A stretch of DNA of 64,000 bases from Octopus bimaculoides. Lineage: Eukaryota. The translations under genes were made by a program, and so were the position numbers. The stretch is taken from contig NC_068985.1 of assembly GCF_001194135.2 (NCBI RefSeq), positions 65,262,187 through 65,326,186 of the forward strand, given 5' to 3'. The notes under the pieces are model-generated. The model was not told the origin of the DNA. It saw only the letters and a list, made by a program, of their open reading frames with translations, and ran no database searches. This document shows positions 49,820 through 62,329 of the stretch, piece after piece. The first letter of the stretch is position 1. Every line of letters begins with the position of its first letter.

Positions 49820-50672
49820 TTAAAAAGGCAGAAAGAAGTGACATCATGCTGCGGACCATATCTGTGAATGACCTTCCGCTAATTAGATGAAACCTATTCT
49901 GAATGCAGTACAGTGCCAGATGTTAGAGAAATACTGCACTAAAAGCCTCACCCAAGAATTATAGTATATCAATCATTGTTGGAGACTGAAGAAAAGACCA
50001 TTATTGAGATGCTTTCACTGATATGCTCATTTTGTGTTGATGAGGCCCAACAACTAGAGCAATGTTGAGGGCTCTAGCTAACTGCTGCACATGATTAAGG
50101 GAGGTATGGTATGATGGCATTTTCTTGTTATGATTAGTATTTGCATATCCAGAACAGCATATCTCAGTTGGAAGATACTTTTAAACTAACTGTTTATGAA
50201 GTTAGCATGTATGTAGTGTGTAGTGTTTAAGCTGCAAGAGGATGGTGCATGGTTTGAGAATGTTAAGGAATGAAGGGTAATGTTCTCTGTTTAAGAGAGC
50301 TGTGTCAACATGGTGTAATAATGTGATCTGATAGGAACCCCAGATGGTGGAGTAGTTTTGATAGGATAATGTGTATATAATAGGAATATTTATTTTGGAT
50401 TTCACTCTCTTTGATAATTCTTCTATTGTGTATTGTGATTAGTTATTATCAATGTGTATGTGTATACTGTGTGTGTATACTGTGTGTGTGTGTCAGAAGT
50501 ATGTAAATTTGAATACAGAATAAAGAATGAAGTAAAATATTCTTTGATGAAAACATGTCCTTTATTTCTTCTTAAATTGTGCATAACCAAAAGGTTTGAA
50601 AATTACAAGTATGATTAGTAATGAAAGAAATGTAACATGATTAAATAGTTGTTTATATAGTTGATAATTCAA

Positions 50673-50860
50673 TTACTCAACTTGGGTTTCATATGCAGTA
50701 TATGCTGCTGCCTGAAAAATTTTTGCAGCTGCCACAGGGTCAGGGTCTTCAATAATTCCACGACCTACAATTATTGCATCAGAACCATTTACACAAATAG
50801 CTTTCTCTGGAGTCAGGTATTGCTGCCCAAGGTCATCTTTTCCCGCAGACATTTGGACAC
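50673..50860 (-). CDS. UMPS: Terminal coding exon of uridine 5'-monophosphate synthase (OMP decarboxylase C-terminus)
   Basis: TTTTTATTGAAG acceptor, then (G)VQMSAGKDDLGQQYLTPEKAICVNGSDAIIVGRGIIEDPDPVAAAKIFQAAAYTAYETQVE*. This matches the conserved PGV...GD.LGQQY.TP......G.D.IIVGRGI...A..Y...AW.AY C-terminus of OMPDC/UMPS. 188 nt = 2 + 62 codons. Candidate polyA signal on the minus strand near 50563. Confidence 0.9.
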
Positions 50861-50938
50861 CTTCAATAAAAATTTCAAAAAGTTACCCTTAAATTTGAAA
50901 TCAATTTGAAAAAAATTTGAAATGAAAAAGTTCTCTAA

Positions 50939-50982
<44 letters not shown>

Positions 50983-51518
50983 GGTATTATCTAAATAGCC
51001 AAACACATACCACAAATACAAAATCCTGTTTCCTATAAAAATCTATACAAATACTTCAAAACAGTATCACTGACGTCAACCTAATGCCATTTCAACCAGC
51101 CCATATCTGGCCCATATATTCTACTTGTTTTATGTTCAAACTTGCCAGCTCTGGCTTCTCACACCTACCCTACATTGTCATTCTCAAAATATATAATCAT
51201 GTCATTGAAATCTCAAAGCTACAGGTAATGCATGATTAATTCAAAATAATGTGAATAAATAAGTATTATATTTGACAGGATAATCGGAATGCTGAAGGAT
51301 AAAACAATGTAACTGACTTAGTTTGCACCTAGATATCTGTGTCATCAAAAATGCCGACAGTTTTATTAATGATAGGAAATGGCATATCAAACCCATGAGA
51401 GAAACCATTGCTGGATATCAGCAATCAAGTATGCATATACACAGAATTTCGCACTTGAAGAATCAGATACAGTAGTAATGCCTTGGTTGAAAATATTGTC
51501 CACATAACATATATATAT

Positions 51519-51600
51519 CCATATAATAAAAATGAACATCTGTGGGTGTGTTTGTCTGTTGATTTATAGGAAGAAAGGCTAGAGCATCTACATAAAAACT
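51519..51600 (+). mobile_element. Probable Helitron 5' end
   Basis: A|TCCATATAATAAAAATGAACATCTGTGGGTGTGTTTGTCTG resembles the TC-start plus TGTCTG pattern seen at 14010; no matching 3' CTAG hairpin found. Confidence 0.35.
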
Positions 51601-51959
51601 AAAAGTTAATTCTTGTGTAAAATTTTCCAAGGAAGATGATGGAAGTGGTCCTGAGTCTCTAGTCTTCTGAACAACGGGCTCTTTTCCGAAATATTGCACA
51701 TAGCGCAATCCCCACCACAAAAAAAAAAAAGACGATGTTCTTATTCCTCACTTCCTTTAATACCTTCCAAATAGGCCCGTCAAGTTCAAAACGGAGAAAA
51801 CTAAAAACATTTAATGTTCTTTAGTGCCATGGTAGTGCAAAAGAGCAATCATGGCACCAAAGAACAGTATTGTGAATAATTTAAATGAAAGACTCAAGAA
51901 AGTTTTACCAGGAAATGAACATACAAATATATAGACTCTGTTGTGGATAACTCAGAAAT

Positions 51960-52284
51960 AGTTAAAATATAAAAATATTTTTAAAATCTTTACTCCATTC
52001 TGGTGTAAAATCATCCTCGCTGTCGCCATCGCTGCTTTCAGTTTCGGATACAGAAATATCCAATTCATTATCGTTCACCACATGCTTTTGTAGCTCATTC
52101 ATTCTTTTCTTCGATATCTCCATATCTTCTGTTGAAAAACCTTCAAATTCGGAATCACTGCTTGATAGCATGAAACTCCTCTTCGTCTTCAAAGTTGAAA
52201 AAAAAATCTTCCAAAATTCACTGAGTTCAAATATCACGCCAAGCAATGTCGGATACAATAACTCAACTGTTTGCAAAGTGAAAT
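51960..52284 (-). mobile_element. piggyBac 5' fragment (same family as 42824-44045)
   Basis: Near-identical to 43655-43900; encodes SSSDSEFEGFSTEDMEISKKRMNELQKHVVNDNELDISVSETESSDGDSEDD. Confidence 0.85.
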
Positions 52285-52800
52285 CATTGGAGGGACTATA
52301 AGAATCACAAACAAACCTCGGTGCTATACCAGCATGCCAAAGAACAACATGGTGGTGTACTGAACCGAATTAGCATAGAAATCCTGTCTAGACACACTAG
52401 TGACACATCGTTGCGGCAAATACAAGAGTCAGTCCTCATAACTGAAACACAACCAATTTTGAATAGCAAGTACACGTAGATAAAAGCCTTACAATTACCC
52501 ATGGTTGCGGATGCTGTTCACACATAAAATACAGAATGCGAACGTAAATAAAAAAAGATGCATTTACGAAGAAAACAGAAAATAATAGAAAGGAAACTAA
52601 AACCAAGTCCAAAGTCTCTATCTTATCTGATATGAACGAAATTGTTACAAATACACTTATGGATGCACATACTTACATATAAGCACGAACACATAAGTGC
52701 GTGCACACATACGAGCTTGCACACACTCACATGCTCATACCGAACAATTTCAAAACAACGCCAAATCATACATTCAAAATAAATGGAAGTGGAGAGACAA

Positions 52801-52841
52801 GTTACTGAAGAGATTGCAAGAGTGCAATGAAATGATTTAAC
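52801..52841 (+). ncRNA. Minimal type I hammerhead ribozyme in the 5' pLTR
   Basis: GTTA-CTGAAGA-G-ATTGCA(AGAG)TGCAAT-GAAA-TGAT-T-TAAC: stem I GTTA/TAAC, CUGANGA core, 6-bp stem II, GAAA, and a quasi-palindromic AATGATT stem III. Confidence 0.7.
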
Positions 52842-53689
52842 AAAAAAACTAAATACTATTTATAAATTAATAAAGGACTGAACCAGTGCATGTGTTTATT
52901 ACCGGCATAATGCCTCTCCCAAGGTTTAATTGTATTTCTTTCAACANNNNNNNNNNNNNNNNNNNNNNNNNNNNNNNNNNNNNNNNNNNNNNNNNNNNNN
53001 NNNNNNNNNNNNNNNNNNNNNNNNNNNNNNNNNNNNNNNNNNNNNNNNNNNNNNNNNNNNNNNNNNNNNNNNNNNNNNNGAAAGACACTGTGTTCTGCTG
53101 TCTAAAAATCAAAATAACAACCAGACAGCTCTACTTTATTAAAAAATGCATCACTTCCAAGTTATACACGAATGCCATCAACTCAGCTGTAAGAAGACTG
53201 AGGCTCACAGAGGGCCAAGCAGGCAGACTAAGACACACACTACTGGTCAACATCAAAAAGAGAATATACAAAGAAATTAGCCAGTACCAAAAGAGAAAAA
53301 GGTTCTTACAACAAAACCTCAGGAACATGATAACACCGTATGAGGAGTTAAAACTCGCAGATATCATCCATCAGGAATATAACTATAATTAACCGAGCCT
53401 GTAACAAACACTTCAGCAACAAATTGAAATGGATGAGACAACAACAACAACACACAGGAAACAAAGACAAATACCCAAATAACATTGATGGGATTCTGAT
53501 GTCGGACTGCGAACTACAGGGGATATACAATGCCATCGCAAACAAAAATAATCACACACCTGGAATGTATGGCTCAGTACTACTGGATGAAAATGAAGCG
53601 TGTGCCCTGGGATTACCACCGAAATATGCCGTGTATAATAAGGTCAGTAAGATCAATTGTTTACTAAGATTAGATGGAGTTAGGACACC

Positions 53690-53980
53690 ACTACAACAAC
53701 AACTCAGTTATAAGAAACCACCACGACAGTATTATGCATAATATTCACAATGCAACCAACAGTAACAATGGAAATGGCAACAACAACTACACCTCCACCA
53801 CCACCAACAACAATAATGATTACACTACCACCATCAGCAACAGCAATGATAACAGCAATAGCAACAACCACACGAACAGCACCATACACACCAGGAACAA
53901 CAGCAACAACAACAGCGACAGCAACAACAGCAGCCACACATACAAGGATAACAACAATGGCAACAACAACACCTTCGAAA
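53690..53980 (+). repeat. (AAC/AGC/ACC)n low-complexity tract inside the PLE N-terminal region
   Basis: Reads as an Asn/Ser/Thr-rich stretch in frame with the downstream FENLFYNPIDKSYDMTQIYPT. Confidence 0.85.
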
Positions 53981-56608
53981 ATCTCTTTTATAACCCAATT
54001 GACAAATCCTATGATATGACCCAAATCTATCCAACAAAAGAATGTACATCCCGCCTTACACGGATGATAAAACAGAAGCCATGATCTCTTTAGCTAGAAA
54101 CAGACTCAGGAAAACATTAACACGTTATAGAACAACTGCCCCAACACAAAACGAAGTAGAGGCCCACCAACTCGGTACAGTAGCTGCAATGGGCATACGA
54201 AAACTAAAACTTAGAGTTAGAAACAATGAGATAGTATGCCTCCCTACAGACAAATCAGGCAGGATATCAGTAGACAGCCTGGAAAACTACACCCATACGA
54301 TGCAAAAACATATAGAAGATATGAGAGAAGTTACACCGCAAGAATATGAAAAAGTAGAGAAAATTCTCAACGCACACATGGGAATGTGGTATAACATACT
54401 CCAACCTAAGAGACGCACAGCACAGAACTTCACATCATCCAACGACATTCTTACACTCTATGGGTTACGAAAAGACCATAAACCTGTTGCAGACCCTATC
54501 ATAGGCCCCCCATGTCGACTGATTTGTGGTGCCATTATTGCCAGCAATTATAGGCTGTCATTCTTCCTCTCGCAGGTATTAAGACCACACATCGAGATGT
54601 CTCCTGATGTTTGTGAAAGCACAAAGGACCTCCTCAGCAGAGTCAATGAATGTAACTGCTCCCATGACCTGACAAATTGTATTATAGGCAGTATGGATGT
54701 AGTATCTCTCTATCCATCCATTGACATTGACTTTGCCATAGAAAGATGTATGGAAATTATTTCGGAAAGTGAAATAACTTTCCGTGAAGTGAACACAAGG
54801 GAACTAGGCCTCCTCCTAAAGCGCGTTTATAATAATGAATACTTAGATCACCATAACCTAACTAGATTCTGCCCCACCAGGTCAGGACGGGGTAGACCAC
54901 CTACGATCACATCAGCTGCTAGAAAAACCACCGCGGAGCGTTGGAATGGATGGAATACACCCACCCACGACCCAGAGTATAATATCCAAACACGAAAAAT
55001 GGTTGCACATGCTGTAGGTGCAAGTCTGAAGACCACCCTGCAGAACCATATAATTAAATTCAATGAAAAACTATACATGCAGATCCAGGGAGCGGCTATT
55101 GGTGTCAGTGTGGCTGGGGACGTGGGACAAAAAACTGAAAAAAACTCTCGAGGAGCACTCAATAACAATCAAACTCTACGGGAGATATGTGGATGACATT
55201 AACATCGTAGTCAAAACACCATCAAACATTCAGACTGAAGAGAACGAGAAGATCGTGATGGAAAACATCCAGAATATAGCTAATACAATACACCAGAGCA
55301 TCAAGGTAACAATAGATTACCCAACAAGACACCTAAACAAGAGACTCCCGATACTTGACACAGAACTTTGGTTAGAAACAATTAACGACAAAGTTCAAAT
55401 CCTCCACTCACATTATATGAAACCTATGTCTTCAAAGTATGTTATCCATAAGAATTCGGCTCTATCACAGTGTGAAAATTAATATATTAATAGCCAATTT
55501 AGTCAGAATAATGAAAAACATATCCCCCCTGTGCAGTCCCTGGGAAAAGCAAAGACATATACAAGACTTCATGCATCGCATGCATTTTTTAAGGATACAG
55601 CCAGAAAGATAAGATCCGAGTATACAGAGGAGCTAGCAAGAAATTTGAGGAGATCGTTGTCAAAAATACAGATGGAACACAACCTAGGTACCATAATAAA
55701 CAGTGGAATCGACTACAAAGCATTAGTGACAAAACAAACAGAAAGAACACGTGGTACAATACCGACAAGTTCCAAGGAGTAATGTTTATAGACGCCACAC
55801 CACACGGAGAACTAGCCCGCAGATTTAGAAAAATCCTCAAAAGTACTAAGTTGAAGATAAATGTCATAGAAAAATCAGGGAGATCCATTAGGTCGATAAT
55901 ATGCAAAACATACCCCTTCAGAAGGACAAAGTGTGTAGAAGAGAATTGCATTGTGTGCAAATATAGTCCTGTTATCAACTGCAAAGCCAGAAATGTGGTC
56001 TACAAAATAAGCTGTATGGATGGTGATTGTAAAAACGGAAACATGGCATACATAGGTGAAACGGCAAGAAGTTTGGCTGAGCGTGTAAATGAACATTGGA
56101 GGGACTATAAGAATCACAAACAAACCTTGGTGCTATACCAGCATGCCAAAGAACAACATGGTGGTGTACTGGACCGAATTAGCATAGAAATCCTGTCTAG
56201 ACACACTGGTGACGCATCGTTACGGCAAATACAAGAGTCAGGCCTCGTAACTGAAACACAACCAATTTAGAATAGCAAATATACGTAGATAAAAGCCTTA
56301 CAATTACCCATGGTTGTGGATGCTGTTCACACATAAAATACAGAATGCGAACGTAAATAAAAAAGATGCATTTACGAAGAAAACAGAAAATAACAGAAAG
56401 GAAACCAAAACCAAGTCCAAAGTCTCTATCTTATCTGATATGAACGAAATTGTTACAAACACACATATGGACGCACATACTTACATATAAGCACGAACAC
56501 ATAAGTGCGTGCACACATACGAGCTTGCACACACTCACATGCTCATACCGAACAATTTCAAAACAACGCCAAATCATACATTCAAAATAAATGGAAGTGG
56601 AGAGACAA

Positions 56609-56649
56609 GTTACTGAAGAGATTGCAAGAGTGCAATGAAATGATTTAAC
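56609..56649 (+). ncRNA. Minimal type I hammerhead ribozyme in the 3' pLTR
   Basis: Identical to 52801-52841. Confidence 0.7.
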
Positions 56650-57729
56650 AAAAAAACTAAATACTGTTTATAAATTAATAAAGGACTGAACCAGTGCGTG
56701 TGTTTATTACCGGCATAATGCCTCTCCCCAGGTTTAATTGTAATAATTTAGGATTTTACCTTATAAAATGCTGGGTAAGGGGATACATTGGCTGCTATTT
56801 TTAGCGTCTCGAGCAAACAGGTAGAGGCTTTTTCATTGGTTTGATTGCATGATGAGATTTTTTTACTCATATATGTATAATATGCATATATATCATTGGC
56901 AGAAGTTAGAGAGTAAGTCAAAACCTGAGAGTTCCGTGTTTTGGCACTTATCAAACACGAATTTGTCCATTGTAACACTGTAACTTGTGATGAAATAACT
57001 TCTAAAATACAAAATTTTGTCAAAAATGTTAAGAGTAAACCCTGTTGTAATGTGACACATTGTACCAATATCGGAAGTTTCAAAGTGTTTAGTTAAAAAA
57101 AATTAAATAAATAATCTGTACGTCAAATTGAATAGATCCGAAATGGATAAAAAGCAAAGTCGACCTCGGTGGAATTTGAACTAAAAACATAAACACGGGT
57201 GAAATACCATTAAGCATTTTGCCCGGCGCACTAATGTTTCTACCAGTTCACCATCTTAGAACGTAAACATTCATTTTAGCAATATATTCTTTAATTAATA
57301 TTCTTATTGATAAGTGTTACTTCCTTACTCCCTTACTTACACGAAATTTCGTGGTATTTCACTCCATAACTTTTCTTCTACTAATTTTTGTTCTGAATTT
57401 CTCATACATTTTTCTATCATTTAAGCCTAAGAAAAGCATACTTTTATTTTAAAATTAAAAAGTCTATGTTAATTTAAGGTGAATAGGTGCCTTACTGCTC
57501 CCCTTGAGGTCGCAGATATTTTGATGTAACCTTTTTTTCTACTGAACCAAATCTCAAACTATTTATGCCAAAGTGTAGCTGAGGAGGTGTCCGCTATAAA
57601 ACTGTTAACAGTTTTCAATTTAGTTGAGAACTGAATTATTGGTGGAACTTGGAAGCTGCTGCGATTGATGAAATGGTGGACTTAAGAATATATTCAACCA
57701 CGCTAGTGGTTGAATGGTACATATATACA

Positions 57730-60150
57730 TACAGAGAGAGAGAGAGAGAGAGACCGAAGTGTATGTACGCCGCTATACATATGTAAAAAACGAATACAAG
57801 AAATGGGACAAAAATGCAAAACATCCAGACAGTTTGATGATACAAAAAAAGGGACAAGAAAAAACAAGGATGGGTCATTCGGAGTTTTCTTTTGTCAGTT
57901 GAGTTCCAGATTATCTTTGTAGTTTAGGCTGGTTATACTCGAGACTGCTCTAATCTGGCCAGGACCAAGGAAATTCTAAGCTAAACGCACTAGATTCCTT
58001 GGAAGAAAGCAGTGAATGTATACGAAAACAAGGACGAGAAAGAAAAAAAAGGCGAAATGGTACACAAATACAAACAACAGGACATTAACAATAGGTGTCT
58101 TTCAACTAAGGACAAATTAAATTAAGCTGGCGTGTGTGGAAGTGAAGCCTTATGGCAGGGACATAAGCGATGACAGGCATGGGAAGGAATATAGATGTTG
58201 CACAGATGGTAGTCGAACCAAGAAATAAAGGTCAGGCTTGGCCGAACACCGTGGAAGGAGAGGAGAGAGGTAGAGGCAGAGGGATAGAAGAATTAGGGAG
58301 GGATGAGAAAAAAAGAAAAGGACAGAGTGAAGTGAAAGAGGAGGGAAGGCCAGGAAATGTGAGAGATGGGAAGCGAAAGAAAGAAAAGTGGAAAGAACGA
58401 AGTAAGTGTGAAGGGGCTGATAGAAAGAAAGAAAGAATGAAAGAAGAGAGTTGTACAAAATTTATATATATATATATATATATATNNNNNNNNNNNNNNN
58501 NNNNNNNNNNNNNNNNNNNNNNNNNNNNNNNNNNNNNNNNNNNNNNNNNNNNNNNNNNNNNNNNNNNNNNNNNNNNNNNNNNNNNNNNNNNNNNNNNNNN
58601 NNNNNNNNNNNNNNNNNNNNNNNNNNNNNNNNNNNNNNNNNNNNNNNNNNNNNNNNNNNNNNNNNNNNNNNNNNNNNNNNNNNNNNNNNNNNNNNNNNNN
58701 NNNNNNNNNNNNNNNNNNNNNNNNNNNNNNNNNNNNNNNNNNNNNNNNNNNNNNNNNNNNNNNNNNNNNNNNNNNNNNNNNNNNNNNNNNNNNNNNNNNN
58801 NNNNNNNNNNNNNNNNNNNNNNNNNNNNNNNNNNNNNNNNNNNNNNNNNNNNNNNNNNNNNNNNNNNNNNNNNNNNNNNNNNNNNNNNNNNNNNNNNNNN
58901 NNNNNNNNNNNNNNNNNNNNNNNNNNNNNNNNNNNNNNNNNNNNNNNNNNNNNNNNNNNNNNNNNNNNNNNNNNNNNNNNNNNNNNNNNNNNNNNNNNNN
59001 NNNNNNNNNNNNNNNNNNNNNNNNNNNNNNNNNNNNNNNNNNNNNNNNNNNNNNNNNNNNNNNNNNNNNNNNNNNNNNNNNNNNNNNNNNNNNNNNNNNN
59101 NNGGCGGCCTTGGCAACGGTCACGCTCAAAATGGTGCATTTCATGTGTCACCCGCACAAGAGCCAGTCCAGGGGCACTGGCAACAATCTTGATCGAAAAT
59201 CCCACGAAGGCCAGCCAGGCGGCACTGGCAACGGCCATGCCAAAAATGGTGCATTTCATGTGTCGCCCGCACATGAGCCAGTCCAGGGGCACTGGCAACA
59301 ATCTCGCTCGAAAAATTTCATGTGTCACCCGCACATGAGCCAGCCCGGGGGCACCAGCAACGATATGTATATAAAAAAAGGGACAAGAACTCAAAACATC
59401 CAGACAGTGAGATGATACAAAAAAGGGACAAGAAAAAACAAGAACGGGTCATTTGAAGTTTTCTTTTGTCAGTCGAGTTCCAGATTATCTTTGCATGTAT
59501 GGGTGTTTTGTTATCGCTTTTTTGTATCATGTCTGGATGTTTTACGTTTTTTGCATTCTTTTTTTATATACATATAGCGGTGTATGTACACTTTGGTCTC
59601 TTATACGTAAGTACATATATATATATATATATATATCTAAATTTTGTATGACTCTCTTATTCTCATTCTTTCTTTCTATCAGCCTCTTCACACTTACTTC
59701 ATTCTTTCCACTCCTCTCTATTTCGTTCCCCGTCTCTATCATTTCCTGGCCTTCCCTTCATTCTCACCTTCCCTCCTCTTTCACTTCACTCTTTCCCTTT
59801 TCTTTTTTTCTTGTCCCTCCCTAATTCTTCTATCCCTCTGCCTCTACCTCTTTCCTCTCCTTCCACGTGTCCAGTGTTCAACCAAGCCTGACCTTTCTTT
59901 CTTGGTTCCACTACCATCTGTGCAATGTCTATATTCTTTCCCATGCCTGTCACCTCTTATGTCCCTGCCATAAGGCTTCACTTCTACACATGCCAGCTTA
60001 ATTTAATTTGTCTTTAGTCGAAAGACACCTGTTGTTTGCATTTGTATTTGTGTACCATGTCTCCATTTTTTTTCCATTCTTGTTTTCATATACATTCGCT
60101 GCTTTCTTCCAAGGAATCCAGTGCTCTTAGCTTAGATTTTCCTTGGGGCT
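57730..60150. repeat. Complex inverted/direct repeat of a non-coding GA-rich element across a gap
   Basis: 57950-58485 is inverted at 59620-60150; 57735-57850 is inverted at 59500-59600; 57780-57920 is directly repeated at 59365-59495. Arms end in (TA)n. A GC-rich ~60-bp tandem lies at 59103-59360. Confidence 0.85.
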
Positions 60151-60179
60151 GGCCAGTATATACCAATTGATGAATATTT

Positions 60180-60452
60180 ACAGATACCATCTGATAAGTT
60201 ACCTCTTTCAAATGCTATGCGCCGAGTTTTGTTCAATACTGATGCAGAATTGAAAGCTTGGTTGGATCAATTTTTCAAGTCGAAATCAGGTGATTTCTAC
60301 CAACGAGGTATTGAAAATCTTTGAACGTTGGGAAGAAGTTGTAAGTAACAAGGGTGAATACATTATTGATTAATTAGTTGTCATTTTTTTTATTAAACCT
60401 TTTAAAAAAATTTAAATTAAAAAAAAACGCAGGAACTTAGTTGCCAACCTAA
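60180..60452 (+). mobile_element. Mariner 3' fragment (second family)
   Basis: Decayed ...F.....ELKAWLDQFFKSKSGDFYQRGIE.L..RWEEVV.NKGEYIID* and right TIR GGAACTTAGTTGCCAACCTAA|TA. Confidence 0.8.
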
Positions 60453-61619
60453 TACAAAGATTTGATAAAACTAGTCTATAAATTAAAACTGACCCCATAA
60501 AACAGGGACAAGCAAAATCTGTAACAAGTCTTTCTTCCTGATACCTTAGTAGCTTCTAATCTGAAGTGAAGGCAGCATGTTCTTTGTCTATCTCCTTAAC
60601 ATCTTGGAGATTTTAGGTAAAATTATACTAATGTGTCCATCTGTTTTAAATGAATTAAACTCTATGTCTTTATGCAGCCGAGGATTGCTCTGTATTCAAA
60701 TTAATGTAATGGTTGAATTGTTCAATTAAATGGAGTTGCTTGAAATGATCGTACCGCATTACCTCTGGATATTCTTGTTGCTTATTTTGATATATATATA
60801 TACATATATATGTATACATACATANNNNNNNNNNNNNNNNNNNNNNNNNNNNNNNNNNNNNNNNNNNNNNNNNNNNNNNNNNNNNNNNNNNNNNNNNNNN
60901 NNNNNNNNNNNNNNNNNNNNNNNNNNNNNNNNNNNNNNNNNNNNNNNNNNNNNNNNNNNNNNNNNNNNNNNNNNNNNNNNNNNNNNNNNNCAATTCTGAA
61001 GGTAGTAGACAAGTTTGTCTACCTGAGCAGCACACTCAGCTGTTCAGTAGATTAAGAATATTTAAGGGAGTGTAAATTCAAAACAATTATGAAGAATAAA
61101 GAGACTGGTACATCATATTATTTTCTTTTAAACATTTATTTTTACAGTTAATTATAAAGCATAATTGGTTTATATGACTGACTCATGTTTCCACTGTATA
61201 GAGAGTATCCAGTTGCATTTTCAACCAGCTATTTTCAACTATGCACCTTCATTCAGGGTCTATCTACAAACTTGGTTCAAAGTGAATGGATTTTATTTGT
61301 GTGATTTAATAAAGTGAAGGGGAAATTTAGAAACTTGATATGGTTATAAAAATTTACCTCACATTTAACCTCATTTCGACTTTAGGTTTAAGGATGAAAC
61401 TGAGAGTCCTTGAGCCTAATAGATCAATTGAGTTTTAGGTTATATGCAGTGTCTATGTTCTGTATGTGTTGCTATGGTTTCTAAAAAAGATATTTCAATT
61501 GCTGAGGATATTGATAGTTACTTGAAAGTCAAACCAGACATTGTCCTGACATTTATCCCTTAAATTTGGGCACCTCCCATTTGTGTAGCAGATACTAACT
61601 TATCCATCACTTGCATGGA

Positions 61620-62010
61620 AGTATTTAAATGTTATCTTGTGCAAGTGTGGACATCTTAAGTCTTGTTCTAGTATACAGTTAAGCAACTGGTGTTTAGATG
61701 TAAAAATCTGGAAAATTATCTCTTATGCACAAGTTTCATCTTTTTCCGCCTATTATATAAGGTACAGCCATGTTACTTTTTTGTCATTCTATCCTTAAAG
61801 GATCGGATGGTGTTACGCCTTTTAAGCCAATCCTTAAACAAATGTAAATGGTTTGCCAGTCACGATTTGAAGTTTGTTGAGCACACACCAATATAGAAGT
61901 AGGAATTTCCAACATAATCTTATAATGGTACACTAAATTTTCCCTCATACATTCAGTATGTAAGGGACAAATTTTATTTTTACCACATTTTACAAAGATT
62001 TTTTCCATAC
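61620..62010 (-). mobile_element. Penelope-like GIY-YIG remnant
   Basis: KCGKNKICPLHTECMRENLVYHYKI...YFYIGVCSTNFKS*LANH and downstream GGKR*NLC...LN...E..LRCPH. Confidence 0.65.
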
Positions 62011-62329
62011 TAATACTACTTCTGTTAGTGGATCAAGAACTAGAACTAGAAACCCTCCTTGTTTTTGTGTCTATTGATTTGCTGTTTACATTCTGACTCC
62101 AGCATGGCCACAGCCTTTGGGCTGAAACATATAAAAAAAAAAAAAGATGGTGCTCCAGCATGGCCACAGTCAAATGACTGAAACAAGTAAAAGAATATGC
62201 GTGTGTGTATGTGTATTTATATATACACACACATATCTATATAGATGTATATATACATATGTATATATACTGTCTCCTTCACTAAAGTGAGGCCATGCTT
62301 GCTAGGTTTCACTCAATGTTTCTAGCCAT

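Larger units (their letters stand above)
52285..56742 (+). mobile_element. Penelope-like element with direct ~650-bp pLTRs, RT and C-terminal GIY-YIG; frameshifted
   Basis: 52285-52934 is nearly identical to 56094-56742 and begins inside the endonuclease coding end (partial tandem). RT: LPTDKSGR, LYGLRKDHK, GSMDVVSLYPSI, QIQGAAIG, RYVDDI, LPILDTEL, YMKPMS. Linker CVEENCIVC; GIY-YIG NVVYKISC...YIGETARSLAERVNEH. Confidence 0.95.

Noticed and set aside
50030-50400. Possible CR1/L2 RT C-terminal remnant on the minus strand
   Set aside because: Only a faint Y.S.IWG...L resemblance; too decayed to call.
53674-54084. Mucin-like or Cys-rich ORFs in alternative frames of the AAC tract
   Set aside because: Alternative-frame translations of a trinucleotide repeat within the PLE.
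56748-57083. 111-aa minus-strand ORF ending in AAG|GTAAAA, considered as an upstream UMPS exon
   Set aside because: The peptide has no OMPDC/OPRT similarity and the phase does not match the phase-1 acceptor.
5368-61055. Long ORFs containing X runs
   Set aside because: Artefacts of translating across N gaps.
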